From Antedon mediterranea (lineage: Eukaryota; Animalia; Echinodermata), in NCBI RefSeq assembly GCF_964355755.1, contig NC_092678.1:22275365-22339364 (forward strand): 64,000 nucleotides of DNA, given 5' to 3'. Position numbers and translations under genes: made by a program. The notes beneath the pieces were generated by a model. The model had not been told where the DNA came from, searched no databases, and saw only the letters and a program-made list of their open reading frames with translations. Shown here one piece after another: positions 38,665 to 50,300 of this stretch (position 1 is the stretch's first letter; each line of letters begins with the position of its first letter).

Positions 38665-38786
38665 TAAGAAAAACCCCTAGACAAAGACTATGACATCATA
38701 TCTATAGCAGAAGGAATGAAAGAGTAAGAAGGTGCCACTGAGTCTCAAGTAACATCCAGGAACACCCAGGGATCTCGTGGAATTGG

Positions 38787-38925
38787 CAGGAATCTTTAGA
38801 AGCGTGCAGGAGTCTTTAGAAGCGTGCAGGAGTCTTTAGAAGCGTGCAGGAGTCTTTAGAAGCGTGCAGGAGTCTTTAGAAGCGTGCAGGAGTCTTTAAA
38901 AGTGTGCAGGAATCTTCAGGAATAT
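38787..38925. repeat. 20-bp tandem repeat, about 6 copies, in the predicted 3' UTR
   Basis: Unit GCAGGAGTCTTTAGAAGCGT. Confidence 0.9.
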
Positions 38926-40597
38926 GCAGGAATCTCCTGAAATATGCAAGTATTATTGGAAATATACAGGAATCTCCTCCTTTCAAAGCACAACACAAAA
39001 TAAAATGAATATTCTGCGTTATTGCGTAGAGGGCGTATCATACTGCATCATTTACCGAATATAAAAATACTACTCATACATTCCTATTCTTGTACATTCA
39101 CTGTTTTTTACGAATGTATCGGGAGTAATTTTTGTTTAAATTATTTTTGTATTTATAAAACAATATATATATGTGGTGATTGTTTAAATCTACTTGGTAG
39201 CATTAAATGTTTAAATATATTTTAAAGTGTAGTTCCTAGGCTAGATAAATTTAACGTACATTTATACACAAGAGGCTAATAGCAAATCTTTTAAAGTGGA
39301 TGTGTTTTGTCATTAGGTGAAGATTCAAAGTGAGGGGACAGGGAAAATGTACAAATACGACAGATTTTTCAGCCCAATGTGACACGGCATAGTAATGAGT
39401 TGTGCTGTAAAACAGTTTGAAACGCATTCAAGCAGTAGTTCAGTTGATTTAGTATACATTTATTGATTTCAGAGAAGTGTTTTTGAGTCTATTGCCATTG
39501 TGCCATGGATGTGTATTGGACATATTTATGAGTACTGAGAGACAAACTAGACCCAATGTATTGATACAGCTAAAGTTAAAATGTTGCACTTTTTTAAAAT
39601 ATTGGTGTTTTTTTTACACAAAAAAAAGTGTAATTACATTTTTATTTTAACTTGAATATTTATAGATTTATAGTAGAATTAGATTTATTTTAACATTCCA
39701 CTTAGGGTCTTTCAGTTAGGAGGTATATTTTAAATAACTTAACATTTATTATAAAGAGAATTCAGCCTTGAAAGAAGCCAAAAGGCTTGTCGCATTCTTT
39801 ATTGCTGTTTTACTTTTATATGATAATTTAGGTTTCTGCTTATTTTAACTCCATTTATTCATATTTTAACTAAATTAAATGTTTATGCTGTTAAATATTT
39901 TGTAAATACCTGTAATCCACCAATTATACCTTGATTTTGACATTTATTTGCAATGAAATCTTTTTTAAAGAAAACTTTATTAATCAATAATTATTTTAAA
40001 TATAAATATTATTAGAATTGTTAGTTATTATCAATTAATGGCAACTGTAATTTGATCTTACAAGTTTTCTATCTTATTTTCTATCAAAATATTTGTTTAA
40101 TAAATGAATTATAAAATGTTTGTGGTATTAATAATATCTTGGCTGATTTGTTAGATATATATATATATACTGTATATATATACTCCACTCTGTATCAATG
40201 TGTACATCTGTTTATAAATATAGCCTACATAAAAATGCACAGGAGCGGCTGTGTCCCATTTATATGCAACTCCTTTTAGAAAGGCGAAATCCCAAAATGT
40301 TGGTAAATAATTATACTATATATTTACCGTAATACATTTTATACATTTAATGTCCGCCTGTTTAATGTTGATCTGCACAGGCTGTGTTCATCACCCGCAC
40401 AAGTGACGTTACGCATGGATTACGTAACTCATTTTAAAAGGGAAAACCCCTAGCACGTGTTTTTTATATAGAGGGCGCTATTCATACACATTGTAAACAT
40501 TGATATTGTCAATGAAAAAAACGTGTTGTTTATTAGTCTGATTTGTACGTTTATTTTCACAGTTTATGACCTGAATAAGATATTTTTAGTAATAAAT

Positions 40598-41940
40598 ATG
40601 TCGGTAGAAATAAGTGAGCCTACAAAATCGTGTTATTATAAGCGTGTTAAGAAAAATGCTGAGAACTTCTACATCAAATTCAAACTGTGAGTAGGCCTCT
40701 GTCTTACTACTACTGTACTACTATAGTACTGTAGTAGTAGTACTGTATTAATAATATCTATCTATGCTAAAATACTAATTACTATATCTAGGCTCCATTA
40801 TATATTGTTATGAGTAGGTAGATATGGGCTTCCAATTGCCATACATACTTGCATACTAACTACTGTGTATCTTCATTGACAATGAAGAGAAAAATATTTG
40901 TTATTTAAAAGGTGCGTGTTTATTATTAATATACTGTATTTAAATATCTGAAAGGGAATGCAATTACTAGTATTTACATATAGATATTTGTTCAACATGA
41001 TGATATCTATATCTCAATATAGATTACCATATTATTGTACAGTTTTTTTATGCTTTGCAGAAAATACGAAGGAAAACCATCGGATATTGACATCTTAGCT
41101 ATCAAAAGTATAATAAATAATGCTATTGTACAACTGCATGGACATTCTGTTAGCGCTTTGACCCTTGACCTTATGAGATTCGATAAGAAAAACATGGAAG
41201 GAATTCTAAGGGTGCCTTCATGGTTCGTATTTTAGTTTAGTGATTTTTATACAAATTGTATTAATATTGTATTCAGATTTTGTTTTTAATTTTTTAAAAT
41301 CCATGTTCACACTTATCAAGCATGGTGAGTCCCGTGTTCTCAGAACGTAGGGGAATGAGCTGTTAGGAGCTCATTGTGGACTGAGAGTTGTCGGGAATTG
41401 AACCCGGATCTATCTGTATAACAGTCACGTGTCCTAACCACTCGGCTATCCAACTTCCTTATCAAGCATAGACAATAACAATTGTCTCAGTGTGAACGCA
41501 GCCTTATTATAATTCATTAAATAATTTCAGATGTACACTATGGAATATTTTATGTATTATTGAATGAAGAAGACATTGTTAGTTGTATTAATGTTTAGCA
41601 TCATGTACAGTATAACTAATAATCTGTATAATCGAATCACTTTTCATTATCTTTATAACAGTGGATTTGTTCAAGTATGGAGCTCTCTTACTTTGCTCAA
41701 CCAGCACGAAGGAAAAGCATGTGTATGTCATGTTCTACAGGTGTGTTTAGCAAGCTAGTTTAATTTCACCACAGAAAAAAAGCATTAGTATTTATGTAAA
41801 ATATATTTTATTATTAACTTCCATCATTATTTCTATAATCAGCATTTTAAAATGAAGACTTATTCTTTATTCAGGTTACACCATACTTATTGGCACTTGC
41901 TGGGAATAGCAGAGAGTTTGTGATACCGCCGCCATTATGA
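40598..41940 (+). CDS. RPP14: Ribonuclease P protein subunit p14 (4 exons)
   Basis: Exons 40598-40686, 41061-41222, 41662-41740, 41875-41940. YKRVKKNAENFYIKFKL, GILRV..GFVQVWSSLTLL..EGKACVCHVLQVTPYLLALAGNSRE match RPP14 (KLWSSLTLL..KGKKCAFRVIQVSPFLLALSGNSRE). Confidence 0.93.
41324..41457 (-). mobile_element. tRNA-derived SINE with a 12-bp target-site duplication
   Basis: A-box TAGCCGAGTGG and B-box GGTTCAATTCC on the minus strand. CTTATCAAGCAT is repeated exactly at 41312-41323 and 41458-41469. Confidence 0.8.
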
Positions 41941-42256
41941 TGCCTGGAGTAAGGAAGCCATCATGATGTCAAATGCCTGGAGGAAGAAAGCTGTGCCGTA
42001 TAAGAAATTGATAGGTAGTTCGAATGGCTTCTTCTCGGCATCAAAGAAAAATTGTTCCATGTTTAAAACGTCTACTTAACGTTGAAATCGTAAGATCAAT
42101 TTTATGGCGTCACTTTCGACAAAACCAAGATGTCTTCAATGCATTTATAATCGGTCGGCATTCTCCCCTTAAAATGATCTGGATGTGACATCATTCCAAA
42201 CAATGGCATCTGGAACATCCGCTCTCTCATGCTGCCTTCTACAGCACTTTTTGTCG

Positions 42257-43552
42257 TCATACTTGAACCTCTTGTTGGTATACATCAATCAACTCTAATA
42301 TCATTTTCTGGATCGAGTTTTCACTAATGTCTTCACAGAAAACCTGCAGTAAAAAATAACAATTTAAAATTTGGACTGTAATTACAGCAGCGGATCCAAG
42401 AATTTCAAATGACAGAGGAAGGAGAGCGTATGGTATAAAATTAGAAGCATCTAGTTGCCAATAAATTTTACTTTCCCCACTATCAATCCGCACGCCTGAC
42501 CCTTAACTGCCACACCCCCCATCCTAACCTGATAGACCCCTGACCCTTAACTGCCACACCCCTGACCTTACCTGCCACCACTGTTTTTCAGCTTGTAAAT
42601 TACAAGGCACTTCCACCCCATAACACTGAAGAGCAAAGTACACAGCTGCCACTGCCAGGTGTTGAGGCTTCACACGCAAACACAAATCAGTGTGAAAACT
42701 ATCACATAAAATAGACATTGAAGTCTTTGCAATCGGAGTGGTGAGCCACACGTCTGTGTCCATCCAATCACGCAATGACTTTAAGTAGTGCAACATGTAC
42801 TTATGTGGCAACTCGGAATTTAGTTTAAACTGAAGGACTCGGACAAGTAAGAGTTCGCAGTTGACGATGCTGTCACGCAGTTCCCAATACTCTGGTCCGA
42901 TTTCTAGTTTTGGTGAGTTCTTGTGCAACATCCTGAAATGTATAAAAACAATGTAAATTTACCACAAAATAAAATATATATTATTAAATATTTAATGCTG
43001 TCCCGGATCCTGGATCTGCCCATAATATACAAATAATGAATGTTTATGAGTGTAATAGTACAAATAATGGCATGAGGTGAAATAACCTTTTATACCAAAA
43101 TAAAAAAAGTACTATTGACCGACCATTCAAAAAGTGCTATTGAATGACCGTTCGATAGTGCGTTCTATTGCACACCATGTGACTCACAATCGTCCAATCA
43201 AATGACAGGAATTTATTTAGGTGTTATATATTCACGGATATTATATAACACACCTGTGACAAACATTAATAATATCTCTCATTCTAACCGGCTGTTCTTC
43301 AACTTTCGTAGCTAAGTATATACATGTGGCTGCGATTAGGTGAGGATCGTAGTTGCTTAATTTCCGTTGACGGAAGAAACGGTGATAGAAGATGCATGCA
43401 GATGCAGTTGTAACAGACTCTAGGCTCAGTTTAACGGAAGCCTCCATCAGAAAGTGGACTACTTTAAAATGTATTTTTGATGAGCTGGGCTTTTGAATGT
43501 TCGCACCCGAAGAAGCTGTGAGCCGCTGGATTTCTTTTTTGAACACTTCCAT
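42257..43552 (-). CDS. CCNQ: Cyclin Q (FAM58A / cyclin M), 3 coding exons
   Basis: Exons 43552-43254, 42932-42572, 42343-42257. HFKVVHFLMEASVKL, YHRFF, YDPHLIAATCIYLATKVEE, YWELRDSIVNCELLLVRVLQF, PHKYMLHYLKSL and EKQWWQVF are typical of CCNQ. The true start could be further upstream. Confidence 0.93.
43080..43230. repeat. Dispersed repeat shared with ~55180-55280
   Basis: Both loci carry TAGTGCGT(T/A)CTATTGCAC(A/G)CCATGTGAC(T/C)CACAATCGTCCAATCAA(A/G)TGACAGGAATTTA(T/G)TTAGGTGTTATATA. Family unassigned. Confidence 0.75.
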
Positions 43553-44229
43553 TACAATGATTTCTGTTTCATGGACTGAAAATAAAAATAATTAGTAAAA
43601 ATAATTGTCATTTGTTTGTTTTTTTGTTTATAAAACGATGTGTTTGAAAGAAACGCGTTTAAAAAACATTTATAATCAACAGACCGATTTAAAATATTGT
43701 ATACAGTAGAGAGAAAAGGTATCAGGACGAAACGACTCTGATTGTCTCGATCATCATTAAAAAGTCGGTCGCGACCTCTAAAAATACACAAAATAAAAAA
43801 TGCGTAGGCCTAGCCTAAATCAAACTCATTATTAATAATTGCTTGCACATGTTATTTATTACACTTGACAGACATACCAACCCACCGACATTCCTTTACA
43901 CAAATTTACACAATAAATAACTTAGTTTGGTGTTTTAGAAGCTTAGCTAGGCCCTAGGCCTATCACTCTTTTGGGTACCCAGTTTTCACGCAATGTTTTA
44001 CCCAGAGAGGAGAGGACGGTGTGCCTGGTGTTTTTTTAAGATTGCCCGAACTATATCTAGCCTAGCCTAGGAGGGAAATAACAGTTTACCAATAATTAGA
44101 TAAAGTTGTGGTATATAATACACAATCAATAATTATAAAATAATATTTTAGAGTATCGAACATAATGCGTTTGGGATCAAGTGCAATATAAATAATATAA
44201 AGCTGAGCGAAAACAGCATAAAGTTAAAT

Positions 44230-44290
44230 TAAGATGATTTCCTGGAAATTATTACGCATGCGTAACCGCCAAGTTTGAAAATCCAAACAA
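44230..44290. promoter_or_regulatory. Motif cluster in the CCNQ/POC1 divergent promoter
   Basis: ATTTCCTGGAAAT (44237-44249), palindrome TTACGCATGCGTAA (44252-44265), CCGCCAA and TTTGAAA (44266-44280), ~75 bp upstream of the POC1 ATG. Confidence 0.55.
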
Positions 44291-44354
44291 CGTTTTTGGA
44301 AGTTGTTTTATTTCTTGATGTATTTGCTAATATTATAAGAATAAAATTACAAAA

Positions 44355-47300
44355 ATGGCTAGTGTTTTAGTAAGTAATGTTTAGAGAATTCAGTGTAGCA
44401 AACAGGCACACTGTCATGCTTTTGTTTAGCATGAATTTATGGAGTTTATTAGGCTAGGCCGGACTAGCAGAGACAGCAGCAGCAGACAGAGAGAGAGAAA
44501 GACTAGAGACTAGATAGATTAGAGAGGCCTGCCTGTCTGTAGTACCGTGCGTAGCGTAGTAATTGTAGGAGGGCCTAGCTAGGCTAGATAGAGAGAGAGA
44601 GAGTTGTTACTAGACTGCCCCGAATTCATTCATCCCACCATGCATTGTCATTTGTGTCATTGCATATTGAGATAAACCTAAATAAAAAAATGCAATTATT
44701 TTTAGATTTAATTTAAAGAAAGGTAAAGTAGGCCTAGCCTACTAGCTAGCTAGGCCTAGTTTACTTGTGCATTATGATTAGCTTTCAAATGTTTTATGAA
44801 AAAAATCCTTAATTAAATATATATTTTTTAGGAGGATCCAACGATGGAAAGACATTTTAAAGGTCATCGTGACACCATAACAAGCGTGGACTTTAATCCA
44901 AATATGAAACAATTAGGTAAGTAATAAAGTAAGGTATTAATATACTTTGCAGTTTTATGCCATATTCTGCCAAATCCTTGACTAAAATATCCTCAACAAA
45001 TCCCCTAGCTGCTGCCATGTTTTAATAATGCCAGAATAAGTAAATAAAAATAAACGCATAACCCATCCATACCAATTCTTACTAGCCAGCTAAATACTGT
45101 ACCAACACAGTTTTGAACAATTTTATTTACATTTCCATAGCTTCTGGTTCAATGGATTCATGTCTTATGGTCTGGAACTTTAAACAACAAATGAGAGCTT
45201 ACAGATTTGTTGGTCACAAGGTATTTATAAATTTTAACAAATTATTTGTATTATATATTTGTATTAATCCAAAGGCAAAATACTTTTTAAAAAAAGACGA
45301 TGCCGTGGGTATCAGTGGCTGGATCTCAATAAAGATACAAAAAAAAAAGCGAAAAGCTAAACCAAATCGATAAAGTAAAACAGCCAGAAAAGTTAGCAGA
45401 GCTTTCAGGCAATATTTGTCTTTTTATACACCTCCTGTGTGTTAATATGGGCTATGAAGTCTTGTTCTCACAAATGATTTAATTGAACTAATGAACAGTG
45501 TGTGCAAAATCATGAGTACCCCCTCTATTTTTGCCTTTTACTTTATAAATAGAAAGAGAGTTTGTATTTTTGTTCATTTTACACATGTTTAAACTATTGC
45601 AAGCATCCATAGACTAGTCATGGGGTATCAAAATTACTGGAATTGTACTAACACATTTTTAAGGTACATTTAAAGACTACCTTGGGGTGGGTAACTTGTA
45701 CAAGTGCTACCAGTTTATTACAATTTTAAATCTACTCTTTATAACTTAATATTGTCTATTGAAGAAGAAAAAACCTCGACAATATGTCCTGCCATTATGC
45801 ATTTTGGTTTACCTCTATGTGACTTGTCATTAAAACGTTTTCTTTTAGAACTCCACAGTAGGCAAATCCTATTTTATGCCTATAGTATACTGTGGTCCTT
45901 CACACTACACTGAATGTTGTACAGTATAATAATGTAATAATTATTAAACCTTCACATGCTAAATCTAGAATTGAAAGGTCTATCGGAAACTAGCGCCATA
46001 AGCATGGAACCAATGTTAGTATTATATAGCTGCATAATGGCGCCAACGCCTAGGACAGTTTATTCATTTAGGTCCTGTATCCTCTTAAAAAGTTCAATGT
46101 CGTCTTTCCAACACTAAAATCCATGATTCATGTTTACAAACTTACTGCTAATTTATACTCTTCTCATTACGGTTCGACTCCGTAATTAACACGCTTCGCG
46201 ATGTAGATCATGGTCGTAGGCTGACTGGTGCCGGCCCGATACACTTGTCACATCCCGGAAAAGATATTTAAAAAGGATGCAAAATTGAAATCATATTCAG
46301 ACTCTATTTCGAGACATTTTTATCGCCATCCTTGGTTATTGATTATCTCTCTTTCATTGATAAGGTTGCATAAATTAAATTTCTAACTCGAAAGTAAAAA
46401 TGAATGGACAGGGATACTTTAGCTACTGGAATAGAGTAAACCTTGTGTTGGCCCTCCATCCCATTGTGTCTCTAGTGTGAACCAACCTTTAGGCAGTTTT
46501 ACCTCCTGTTTAGCGACGTAATTCTAACTTTTAAGCTTTAAGATTTTTGTTTGCATTTTATATCCATTTTTTTAAATGTGTTATGAATAGATTAGGTATA
46601 TGAATACATTATTTATAGATTGTAAACATTCAATTTCTATTTTGGTTGGAATCAATGTAGTACACAGCATGTAATTAAAGTACTTTCAAGATAAATTTTT
46701 AAATTGAGAAAATCAAATGTCAAAGATCAAGCATACAATTTCTATTTTTAAATTTATAATTTTAAACAGTTTTTGATTATGAACATCCTATCCTAAAAAT
46801 TAATGTCATAAAATAATTCTATTTTCATATTCAATTTAATTTTAAAGTTTAGTTGTCCATTTATAGACTGTTGAAGTGAAAGCATTTTCCGTTCAATTTT
46901 AGATTTTAAACATCCTACCCTAAAAAGAATGTCTTAAATTACAAGTAATTATAATTAATTAATTTTTAATTAACGAAGAATGCCATTAATTATAAAAGTG
47001 GCAGAAAGTTTCACTTTTCATAAAAATGTCTAATTTGGGCAATATTTTAATTTGAAGTCAAGAATGACTTTAATTAATGATTAATTCAAACCACTACTTT
47101 CTTTGATAAAAATACTTTATCAACGCAGCGTAGAATGATTTTAATTTGTTAAAATGTATGCTGGAAGTGATCTATTTTGATTCGTTTCCGTTCGCGATCT
47201 CAAAATATAGCGGTTACCTACCTCGTAGGAACTCGGTACTGCTGAGTACTGAACTCGAATTACTCAGACGTTTCCGTAAAATGATTTGTACAAAAAACGC

Positions 47301-50300
47301 GTAATAAATTAATCACTTCCACGTTGTTTAATTAGATTGGAGACTGTTAGTAGCTCCTGTAGACAAGTTCTGTATCCTTGCTTATAGCTGTGTTAAGCTA
47401 TGTCTACACTACTATATCAAACTAGTTTGACAAAAAACGTGTGATGTGTCCAAATATGATAGTTATATGCCCAAATATGGTAGTGATGACATCACCGTGT
47501 CCATATATGAGCACATCATATTTCACATAAAGTTTGATAGTGTAGACAGAGCTTAAGTCTGATTTTATTTTGAAAATGCATTTAAATACATTAGTACTTC
47601 GAACTTTATGACAAAAAGCAATTATAATATTATACAGTATATTATTATATAAAAGCATATACAGTAGTATGACTCTATGAGCACATCACATTTTTTTGTC
47701 GCATAAAGTTTGATAGTGTAGACAGAGCTTTACTCTTGCTAGTGGGAAAACAACCAAATATAAATCCACTCTTTCAATTTGGAAATGATATGTATTTTTA
47801 GTATGCGTGTTGTGTAGGATGATTGTTTTGACAGGTTGTTGGATTTTGGATAGAATTTAGACTCACTGATTTTGTATGACAGTGCTTTGGCATTCAAAGT
47901 GCTAATGTGTCATTGTCTAATACTGTACTTGGCTACTGGGCTTGTGTACAGCTACAAGGCTATCATTAATCAAGACAATTGTTGAAAGTAGTGTTTCTGT
48001 ATACTGCAAACAGCTTTATGTCCCATCTCCAAAGGACGAGGCTATTATAATAATTTAAAATTCTTGCTTATTTAACTGTAAGGATTCTTCTTTCTTAATT
48101 CTTTATTTCTATTCATCAAGTACACAATCATAAACATACAGTACATTAAATAAACATCATACATACAATACAAAGAGAAAAAAAAAAGAATGGAAGTGGG
48201 GAATCTCAGAAGCATACTATGGCTTTACAAGTAGAAACTCCTGCTACAAAAATCTCTGTCTCACAATTCCTGGTCATTTATACTGACCACTGGCTGGTTA
48301 CACAGTATGTATTGCACCTTTGTCCTGTATTCATGTTGTTTGTGATATATCATGATTGACCGGTAAACAAGTTTTGTTCTTAGGGTCATCCACACCAATC
48401 AATCAATCAATCATTTATTTTCTTCAAATTAAAACAGTACACTAAATGGTGTAAAGAAAGGTAATTAAATTGAAGAAGGCATGTTCAAAAAAAGCTTGTG
48501 ACAGACATGCCTAAACAAAGATGAGATTTAAACTACACAGAAAAAGAAAGAAAAAAAAAGAAATAACAAAATATAAATTTACATAACATGGGTTTAACTA
48601 AATATGAAAATAACTAAAAAAATAATTTTGGTATAAATTAAGAACTGTTCGTCTTCTTGTTACTCATCATTATAATTATTATCATAAAATTTAATATATT
48701 GAAAATTAATACTTGGGAATCTTTATTATGAATTTGAAATGGTGGTGAATAATTAGTAGTATTCTTCTGTTGATAAATTGTAGAGATGTTGGTTTTCACA
48801 TTTGACCACATTAAAACAATTTTTATGTAGCAAAAAGGTAAACTTTACTACAATCGCTTTTTAATGTAACTAAGACATATATAATTTCATTTGATTCCAT
48901 GTACAATACTTTTAAATTATATATATTTGTTTTAATTGTAATGTACATTATTTTTATATTTAAATGTTATTTTATGTTTTATTTTAAAATTTTTAGGATG
49001 CTGTTCTATCAGTGAACTTTTCTCCGTCTGGTCATCTGGTTGCTTCAGCTTCCAGGGATAAAACTGTTAGATTATGGATTCCCAGTGTGTAAGTACTTTT
49101 CTGAGACTCTTTACTCGACCGCACTTTTGTGAAATGCTGTTTTTATCAAACAACTACGCGGTTACTGTCACTTCGTGGCATCCCACAACTTGTAAACTAT
49201 CATAGTAAAAGTTAGTTGTACAAAATACACTATTGTTCGACAACCACATTGACGTAGTCGCTTTAAAAGCAGCTCACAATGTCATGTGACATGGTTCAAT
49301 GTTTGAGTGAATGTTCACATCAACTTGCAGTGGAATTTTAGATTAACAATGACACACGAATGATCCAATTTATAAGATCAATGATCCTTTCTAATCCTAC
49401 TTAAACATTATTAATTCTTTTAATCCCATCTTGGGATTTTTAAAATAACATTTACTGTAAACATTTCTTTTTTAGATTTAAAGCATTAGATGTTGTATCA
49501 TTCACCCATAGAAAAGAAATGTTTTGTTTTTATTTGCATTTACTAATAAATAAGTAAATACTATCAAAACAGTGGTATGTTTGTTGGCTGATTTTACGAA
49601 AAAATTGTTACCAAAGAAAAAGAAAAAAATCTAAAAGAGAAAAAATAAAAATTACACTATCAAACTAGTTTGGCAAAAAAGTGTGATGTGCCCAAATGGT
49701 AGTGATATGCCAAAATTTGGTAGTGATATATCATCATCATGTCCTTACAGTATATGGGCACATCAAATTTTTTGCCACATAAAGTTTGATAGTGTAGACA
49801 GAGCTTTAAATAAAAGTATGGCACAAAATATTAAAAACAGGACTTCAATACTATGATTTGTTTTTTTAGTAAGGGTGAATCAACTGTGTTCAAGGCCCAC
49901 ACCGCGACCGTACGTAGTGTCGAGTTCTCAAATTGCGGCCAGTACTTGGTCAGTGCTTCCGATGACAAGACTGTTAAGGTTTGTGTAATAAGTGTTGGTT
50001 AACATGTAATTGGTCAATTTATAATTAACCTGTCCCCTTTCTCTGATTTGAACACATCCGCAATGTGACATCCCCCTAGTTTTGATTTGTCACTTTTGGT
50101 TCCTTCCTTATTCTCAAGGTTAGGCTATGTGATTCAGCGTTGATTAATCATTGGTAATATTCCACTTTCTTTTTCATAAACCCACCCAATGTGTAGAGGT
50201 AACAGGATTTATAAGAACACTTTTGAAATTGTCAAAAATTGTCAAGAAGAGCAAGGTTTCTTAAGCTCTGTTTACACTATCAAACTTTATTCCCATATGT

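Noticed and set aside
41935-41990. SECIS or readthrough signal at the RPP14 TGA (ATGATG...CATCAT hairpin)
   Set aside because: The protein ends where homologs end, an in-frame TAA follows three codons later, and the SECIS geometry is not met.
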